A DNA stretch of 64,000 nt from Gammaproteobacteria bacterium (GTDB taxonomy: Bacteria > Pseudomonadota > Gammaproteobacteria > GCA-001735895). The stretch spans positions 2,150-66,149 of the forward strand of contig JBNKUM010000103.1 in the NCBI GenBank assembly GCA_050298595.1, given 5' to 3'. This document shows positions 39,960-46,144 of this stretch, in pieces; within the stretch, counting starts at the first letter, position 1; the number at the start of each line of letters is the position of its first letter. Under the pieces are notes generated by a model. The model had not been told where the DNA came from and ran no database searches. It saw nothing but the letters and a program-made list of their open reading frames with translations. A program made the translations under genes and the position numbers.

Positions 39960-42198
39960 CTTTTTTATCTCCCTCTTTGTTATCCTGTTTAATACTTTCT
40001 GGAGTAGATTTTGTTCTGCTTTTAGCTGGATTATCAGGTAGTTTTTTATTCACGGACGACTTATCCTTACGTGGCGAGCGGCCCAGAACTTTTTTCTGAA
40101 AATGATCGCCTCCAACCACTGCAAAGATAACTGACTTTTTCTTACCGAATATTTTCCACAGCAACGAGCCTCCACCTAGAATTAGAATAACCGGTAATAA
40201 GGCAATAATTGCCTTAACCCAGCTTGACTCCATGCGCGACTGGTCGAGCGGGGAATCAGGATCGAGAATTGGAATGATGTCGATATCGTGTAGATCGGTT
40301 TTAACAAAGCCGTCATTCAGCGGGTTAGTAGTAAAGCCATGGCATTGCGATGCGGCACAGGTTTCTGCAAGATTCTGCGGATGCGTTGCCGCATCGGTTT
40401 CAGTATGACGCTTAATGCCATGATTAAAACCATCAGGAGCATGACAGTCTATGCAGGATGCGCCCTCCTCTACACCTGTTTTTAACAAGCGTCCATGCAG
40501 ACTCATTTCATAGCTATCACTGGCGAGAATAAATTTCGAGCCTGCTTTATGTTTCTCTCCGCTGATCGTGTCTTCAATCTCAACCGTAGCCATGCGCTTA
40601 TGATCCGCATGGCATGCATTACACATTTCATTCTTGTCAGACTTATTCCAGCGTGAGCCTATAAACCGTCGTAATATATGGCCGCCAAATTGATTCAACC
40701 ATACCTCGCCCTGATGACAGCTGCCACACTCTGTTTCCAGATGAGCGAAAGAGTCCTTAAATTTAGGGATGTCTTTTTCATTGATATATAACTCATTATC
40801 GTGACAGGCGCGGCAGGAAGGGTTTACATCCAGAGACTCTTCAAGACGATTTCCGCCAGTCAAACCTTTCGTCCAGCCGTTGCCATGTGCAGATTCCTTA
40901 AACTCATCAACCACTTCTTTATGTGTGTACGCGCCTTCACCAGAGGGTTCTTCGACATGGCATGACTCAGCACAATCCACCTCCCCGTTTTCAACCTTAT
41001 GCGGATATTGTTCTATCTTACGATGACAATCTTTACAGGGGACACTACCATGCAATGAACTGAAGTAATGCGATTCATCAATACTTGCATCACGTAACAC
41101 GCCATTTTCATCGATATACGATAACCCCTTTAAAGCATGGCAGGAAAAACAGCCATCAGGATCAGGATGTCGTTCGGAGGCAAAAACCTGTGTAACCACG
41201 ATAACCATTAAAATAAAACCAAAAAACACACCTACCGCAACGCGCTGCCAGCTGCTCACCTTCCATAGCTGTTTTTCTATGCTATGAACAGCTTTCCAGT
41301 CTGGATGAGGAAAGTATTCCACACCCTTCTTTTTTCGTTTGGGTTCAACTGAGCGGGGCACCGAAACCCAGTCTATAGCATGCCAGTCACAGACATCGAC
41401 ACACTCATGACAGGACATGCAGGAATGCTGATCGACCACTGCAATTTTATCTATCATGGTAATTGCACCGGTCATACATTTTCGTGCACAGATATTGCAT
41501 CCGGTACAACGGCTACGCTCAACTCGAATATGCCGCGTAAACCTAAACGATGAGCCCAGGCGATTGACCAGGCCATCGATTGCACCAATGGGACATAGAA
41601 ACTGACAATATCCACGCCCTTTTACCGCAAAAAAACCAAGCAGAAATAAAAGTGCCAGATTCACCAGACCGACGGCTGAAAGGATAAAGGCAATCCCCAT
41701 CAAGTCGCCACTAAACGCCTGAAAGATGCGAGGTACCGTTACAAAGTTACATAAGGTACAGGCACTAACCCCGAACATCGGCATCACAACCAGATATACG
41801 CTGAAATAACCATAACGGATGGGAACCTGAGGCAGACCACGATATTCTATTTTCCAGCGATCAGGAATCATGCGGCTGATGATTTCAGGCAAGCCACCCA
41901 TTGGACAAAGATAACCACACCACATGCGACCAAAAAAGAAACTGGTTAACAGAATAATGCTCAGTGCAATCACTCCAATCCAGGCAACGCTCATCTGGTT
42001 ACCCAGATCTTCCAGAGACATACCTGGAAAATACAGAAAAAAACGTCTCACACATACCTTACCGCAGAGATCAGGATTACCCACAATACTGGGTAAAAAG
42101 ACCCACGGGGCAAGAATGGCACAGCTTGTAAGAATGATCAGAAAGAATCGGTATTTCTGCCCGTTCGGTATTGCCTTGATGTTTTCGAAGAGTTTCAT
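39952..42198 (-). CDS. Fusion of a NapH/polyferredoxin-type membrane iron-sulfur protein and a multiheme cytochrome c
   Basis: Two CX3CP motifs (WCGYLCPMG, YCQFLCPIG). Two 4Fe-4S motifs (CTGCNICARKC, CMSCHECVDVC). After a further TM segment come six CXXCH plus one CX3CH (CAESCH) and one CX4CH (CAASQCH), then a C-terminal TM and a Lys-rich tail. I place the start at the ATG at 42198 (MKLFENIK), 5 nt after the upstream stop. The track start at 42273 would overlap the upstream gene. Confidence 0.85.
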   Translation of the reverse strand: MKLFENIKAIPNGQKYRFFLIILTSCAILAPWVFLPSIVGNPDLCGKVCVRRFFLYFPGMSLEDLGNQMSVAWIGVIALSIILLTSFFFGRMWCGYLCPMGGLPEIISRMIPDRWKIEYRGLPQVPIRYGYFSVYLVVMPMFGVSACTLCNFVTVPRIFQAFSGDLMGIAFILSAVGLVNLALLFLLGFFAVKGRGYCQFLCPIGAIDGLVNRLGSSFRFTRHIRVERSRCTGCNICARKCMTGAITMIDKIAVVDQHSCMSCHECVDVCDWHAIDWVSVPRSVEPKRKKKGVEYFPHPDWKAVHSIEKQLWKVSSWQRVAVGVFFGFILMVIVVTQVFASERHPDPDGCFSCHALKGLSYIDENGVLRDASIDESHYFSSLHGSVPCKDCHRKIEQYPHKVENGEVDCAESCHVEEPSGEGAYTHKEVVDEFKESAHGNGWTKGLTGGNRLEESLDVNPSCRACHDNELYINEKDIPKFKDSFAHLETECGSCHQGEVWLNQFGGHILRRFIGSRWNKSDKNEMCNACHADHKRMATVEIEDTISGEKHKAGSKFILASDSYEMSLHGRLLKTGVEEGASCIDCHAPDGFNHGIKRHTETDAATHPQNLAETCAASQCHGFTTNPLNDGFVKTDLHDIDIIPILDPDSPLDQSRMESSWVKAIIALLPVILILGGGSLLWKIFGKKKSVIFAVVGGDHFQKKVLGRSPRKDKSSVNKKLPDNPAKSRTKSTPESIKQDNKEGDKKDD

Positions 42199-42202
42199 AT
42201 TT

Positions 42203-43066
42203 CTATTGATCAAATTGGTGACAGGCCAGACAAAGCGTTCCATCCTTTGCAGGTAGACGCAGTAACACTTCAAACTCGAGGCGCTGGTAAGAAATAGTCA
42301 GGTTCTGATCCGTATCCTTATTCAGCTCATCCAGACGTTTTTGCTTATCCCTTTGCACGACTTCGTTCCAGTCATGATCCTGATAAGCGATACCCTTTGC
42401 CAAATCCCTGTCCTGAACCTGCTGGGATGCTTGCTTAGTTTCTATGACACCTTTTTCGTGACTGCTATGACAGGTAACACAGAGGATTTTTTTACCATCC
42501 AGTGGCAATACAAGCTGCTGCTTCTGTTCTGTCTCATGTAGCTGTTGCAACATATCGTCATCTACTTCTACCAGATGATTGAAAGCATTCAGATGAGGCG
42601 ACTTCAGGTGGCAACCAATACATAACTTCTGTGGAGGGAGACGCAAATCCAGTTCTTCGAGTGTATAGGATCGGTCTCGCTCAGGCGTTTTGACATGACA
42701 AAACTGACATTGATCTTCTTTAATATCACCCTGCTCATCCAGTAGGATATGGATGTTATTACGCTGGTACTGTTTTTCGTCATGACACTGGTAACAGAAA
42801 TCACTTAGCTCTGGATAAGGCCCCTGAATAAAGAAGTTCGCATCTTTTTTGTCCACTTCTTCATATGGAATATCTGCAATATCCTTAATGCCATGACAGG
42901 TCTTACAATCTATCTGATCCTTATCATTCAGAAGGAAATTTTTCGGGATAGTCATAGCATCGGGGACAGCCACCTGCACAACATGATGTAATGGTGGCAG
43001 CTTATTATCGGCAGAAATAGCAAGGGGCAAAAATAATGATAGTAATATCGGTAGCTTCATCATCAC
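42203..43066 (-). CDS. Periplasmic hexaheme cytochrome c
   Basis: Signal peptide MMMKLPILLSLFLPLAIS/AD. CKTCH, CYQCH, CQFCH, CIGCH, CVTCH and CLACH. Confidence 0.85.
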   Translation of the reverse strand: MMMKLPILLSLFLPLAISADNKLPPLHHVVQVAVPDAMTIPKNFLLNDKDQIDCKTCHGIKDIADIPYEEVDKKDANFFIQGPYPELSDFCYQCHDEKQYQRNNIHILLDEQGDIKEDQCQFCHVKTPERDRSYTLEELDLRLPPQKLCIGCHLKSPHLNAFNHLVEVDDDMLQQLHETEQKQQLVLPLDGKKILCVTCHSSHEKGVIETKQASQQVQDRDLAKGIAYQDHDWNEVVQRDKQKRLDELNKDTDQNLTISYQRLEFEVLLRLPAKDGTLCLACHQFDQ

Positions 43067-44028
43067 ATCCCTGCCTGTATGGATTCACCATGGCTATGGC
43101 ATTGCTTACAATCGCCGGTAATCTGATGCAACCCTGACAATCCATTGCCGGTATCCAGATCTGACTGATCGGCGGTTACCGACATCTGATGGCACATCAC
43201 ACACAACTGTGCATTATTGGTTGCGGTATTATCTATGCTGTAGGATTTATTCCTGATTGCGGGATCAAGCCGGCTCAGACCCTTTTCTGAACTATCAATG
43301 ACCAGCCCGGCATTATTAGTCCCATGCATTGCATGACAATCGGTACATTCAACCACGGTCTGATATTCATAGCCTTCCCGCAATCCGGAGAAACTATGGC
43401 TACCGGTACCTGAGGTTTCGCCATGTTTGTCAACATATTTAAAGTAATCTTCACTGCCAATCAGTGCACTGGCGTAGTCAGCTGTAATATTAAAATCTGT
43501 CTGCTGATGATCGCGGTTATGACAACGTAAACAAAATTCAGAAACTGAGCTGTATTCTGAATACAGTCCATGCGCATCTGTAAAGCGAGTTAAATCTCGA
43601 TTATTATCGAATACACCATCCATATCCGAAGCCAGATGGCAGTCTATACATGCTTCATCCTTCATCTGTGCATCATTGCCAGTGATGAAACTGTGCGTAT
43701 GCAGCCCTGTCTGTATTGGCGAAGCTGTCAGATCAGAATCGTTATGGCAAATTAAACACTGACGTGCTTCTGAGGTACCGTTGCTACCATGGCAGCCAGT
43801 ACAGCTTGCATAGCCTTTGCTTTGTACGATTGAACGAATGCTATCAGCCTGTTGATGAATCAGATTCAAACCGTGGCAACTATCACACTCGGAAAGCCCC
43901 CAGGCCAGACCGCTGCCTCCATGTGATGAAGTTAATATTAGATTGCCACTTTGAGACGAGACCGTTTCTGTCTTATCTGAATCCACGCAACCCGCCAGCA
44001 ATAAAATACTCAGCAAAAGAATTCTCAT
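43063..44028 (-). CDS. Lipoprotein octaheme cytochrome c
   Basis: Start at the ATG at 44028 (ATGA overlap with the upstream stop) gives MRILLLSILLLAGC, a lipobox. Eight CXXCH motifs. Confidence 0.85.
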   Translation of the reverse strand: MRILLLSILLLAGCVDSDKTETVSSQSGNLILTSSHGGSGLAWGLSECDSCHGLNLIHQQADSIRSIVQSKGYASCTGCHGSNGTSEARQCLICHNDSDLTASPIQTGLHTHSFITGNDAQMKDEACIDCHLASDMDGVFDNNRDLTRFTDAHGLYSEYSSVSEFCLRCHNRDHQQTDFNITADYASALIGSEDYFKYVDKHGETSGTGSHSFSGLREGYEYQTVVECTDCHAMHGTNNAGLVIDSSEKGLSRLDPAIRNKSYSIDNTATNNAQLCVMCHQMSVTADQSDLDTGNGLSGLHQITGDCKQCHSHGESIQAGM

Positions 44029-44642
44029 GGTTTTGCTCTCCGGTGACAATCGGAGCAATACGACACATTATGACAACGTCCGCAGGACTGGGTATTGATG
44101 CGCGCATCTAAGCCATGAGCAATCAGGTAACCCGGTTGATGCTTGTTGTATTTCGTCGTGTCACGCTTGAAATGACAGTCAGTACAGAATGACATATCGA
44201 GGTGACAGGTCTGACACTGCCCATCATCCAGACGGGAGTCTTCTGCATGCTGATTGATGTAATCAAAGTCATGATCAACCGGCCAGATAGCAGTCTTATC
44301 GACATGACAAAGGTCGCACTTGAAAGCTGCTTTCTGTTTATCAACGTGACAATCGTGACAGATCGCTTCCATCGGTTCGTTGGAAATGGTAGTAATTAAT
44401 TTTATATCATCGGGCTTAACAACCTTATTAGCCCCAAAGGAATGACATAACAAACAGGGATCACCTTCCTGCTCCATCGCTTTGAAATGAATCTTATGCG
44501 GATAGAAAATATCAGGGCGATCATGTCGTTTTTGCCACCAGCTATCTTTTTTAGATGAGTCATTGTCAGTATCAACTGGAGTGTCTGCGGCAGACACCCA
44601 TGCTGCAAACAGTCCAGTAAGCACAAACAGTAATCTATTCAT
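44025..44642 (-). CDS. Periplasmic heptaheme cytochrome c (c3/c7-like)
   Basis: Start at 44642 gives MNRLLFVLTGLFAAWVSA/AD. Seven CXXCH. The FYPHKIHFKA...CLLCH arrangement resembles c3/c7-type heme units. Confidence 0.85.
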   Translation of the reverse strand: MNRLLFVLTGLFAAWVSAADTPVDTDNDSSKKDSWWQKRHDRPDIFYPHKIHFKAMEQEGDPCLLCHSFGANKVVKPDDIKLITTISNEPMEAICHDCHVDKQKAAFKCDLCHVDKTAIWPVDHDFDYINQHAEDSRLDDGQCQTCHLDMSFCTDCHFKRDTTKYNKHQPGYLIAHGLDARINTQSCGRCHNVSYCSDCHRRAKP

Positions 44643-45894
44643 CAGACCACCATTTGTTGGATGCATCAAACTGGTAACTGAGCTTTAATCCGAACTGATA
44701 CTCATCGTGTAAATGTGTATTCCAGATGCTAGACATTGAAAAGGTAAAATAAAGCCCCGAACCCAACATGCGCTCCACATTGGCTTCTACGCCCACGGCC
44801 TGATTACTACCAGTTAACCACTTATATTGAGATTGAATTGCGGCACCGAAGCGGGATTTCACCAGTGGTGAAAATGAGTAATTACTGTTTGCATAGAGTG
44901 AGATAAATTCATCTTGATCCAGCTGCAAATAGTCTATCTGTAACTGATACTCTCCACCTGTATATTCATGCACCTGTGATGCGAGAGATAATCCATAACC
45001 GCGTTTCCCATACTCACGTAATACCGTGCGCGCTTTTGCTATCCATTGCGTACTGGTGTTTTGCCTAAAGTAATAACTGCCCGTAAAAGCACTTTGGCGA
45101 CCCAATTCATATACCGAATAGAACTGTTGTGTGAAAGATAATGCTGGCTCAGTTAAGGTAAAGGTTTCATAGTCAAACTGAACTCTATCGGTTTCAGTAA
45201 TATCACTGAAAATCTTGAGCTGAACCTGTTCGGCATACTCTTCACTCATCAGATAAGTCGCATTAAGGCCCACAGCAAAATCATAGCTGGACGAATTGTG
45301 GATTTTTCCATCACCCGTAAAACCCAGGTTTAAACGTGTTTCATCATCTGCTTCATCGTTAATTTTCTGCACACCAAATCTGGCAATAGCTGTATCAAAA
45401 TAGACGACAGAAAATAATGGAGAAATGTTTATCTCCGAGAAGTGAAGATCCAAGCCATATAGAGCATCACCATGAATCGCACTGTAATCATCTACACGAG
45501 AAGGCTGACCGGCATATAAATTCAGTAGCACATTATCGTTTTTGGCTTTGATCAAAGCGCCATCCAGTGTGTACATGCCCAGACTGTCATAACGCTCCAT
45601 GCGCCCAATGCGATATGATTTAACTAAACCATCCAGCTGCTTTTCAAAGTACAGCTGATACAGGTTTTCTTCATTATCGTCACCCTGCCGTAGTGCAAAA
45701 CTCAAACCAGATTCAATGCCTCTTTGCTGATCAATGATTCTTATGTCTGCATATTCTTCGATAAAACCATTCTCATCAACCAGTCGATTTCCAGCCTGCA
45801 CTCGGCTTTCTAGTCGCCCATAGAAACCAGCCTGTACACTGTTCAGGGTGAGCAACAACATGAGTATTAATAACGTGCTGAAAAGGTCTTTCAA
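44635..45894 (-). CDS. Outer-membrane beta-barrel protein (putative porin of a porin-cytochrome complex)
   Basis: TTG start overlapping the upstream stop (TTGA). Signal peptide KDLFSTLLILMLLLTLNSVQA/G. About 400 aa of alternating hydrophobic/polar beta-strand pattern, no Cys and no heme motifs. Lies between cytochrome genes. Confidence 0.7.
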   Translation of the reverse strand: MKDLFSTLLILMLLLTLNSVQAGFYGRLESRVQAGNRLVDENGFIEEYADIRIIDQQRGIESGLSFALRQGDDNEENLYQLYFEKQLDGLVKSYRIGRMERYDSLGMYTLDGALIKAKNDNVLLNLYAGQPSRVDDYSAIHGDALYGLDLHFSEINISPLFSVVYFDTAIARFGVQKINDEADDETRLNLGFTGDGKIHNSSSYDFAVGLNATYLMSEEYAEQVQLKIFSDITETDRVQFDYETFTLTEPALSFTQQFYSVYELGRQSAFTGSYYFRQNTSTQWIAKARTVLREYGKRGYGLSLASQVHEYTGGEYQLQIDYLQLDQDEFISLYANSNYSFSPLVKSRFGAAIQSQYKWLTGSNQAVGVEANVERMLGSGLYFTFSMSSIWNTHLHDEYQFGLKLSYQFDASNKWWSDE

Positions 45895-46142
45895 AGCCTT
45901 TTATTGCTATGGGAATCCGCTGCGAATTGTTGTTTGTCACCCTTTCTCAAAACAGCCCATGACACCAGCGCTATCAGAGCAACTGCACAGCTACCACAGG
46001 TATTACAGCGACCCTCCCTGGTCACTGTACAGTTTGTTGACATGGCTATATGGGTCACAGCGAGAGAAGCACCCGCAACCCATGGCGCCAGCAGTTTCAG
46101 CTGTTTTGTGGTTTTCGAGTGTTTACTTTCTGACCTGTCCAT
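45891..46142 (-). CDS. Small Cys-rich membrane protein (83 aa), function unknown
   Basis: The ORF exactly fills the gap between the 984-aa cytochrome gene (stop 46145-47) and the barrel gene (its stop overlaps that start). Contains C-x9-C-x2-C-x2-C followed by a TM segment (AVALIALVSWAVL). Confidence 0.5.
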   Translation of the reverse strand: MDRSESKHSKTTKQLKLLAPWVAGASLAVTHIAMSTNCTVTREGRCNTCGSCAVALIALVSWAVLRKGDKQQFAADSHSNKRL

Positions 46143-46144
46143 GC

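Noticed and set aside
41380-41480. CMSCH within the NapH-like domain as an extra heme-binding site
   Set aside because: It is part of a CX2CX2CX3C ferredoxin motif (CMSCHECVDVC) on the predicted cytoplasmic side. I did not count it as a c-type heme site.
42199-42273. Extended N-terminus (MKCYCVYLQRMERFVWPVTNLINRN) of the NapH-cytochrome fusion
   Set aside because: It would overlap the upstream hexaheme gene by 71 nt. The ATG at 42198 sits 5 nt after that gene's stop and begins a sensible N-terminus.
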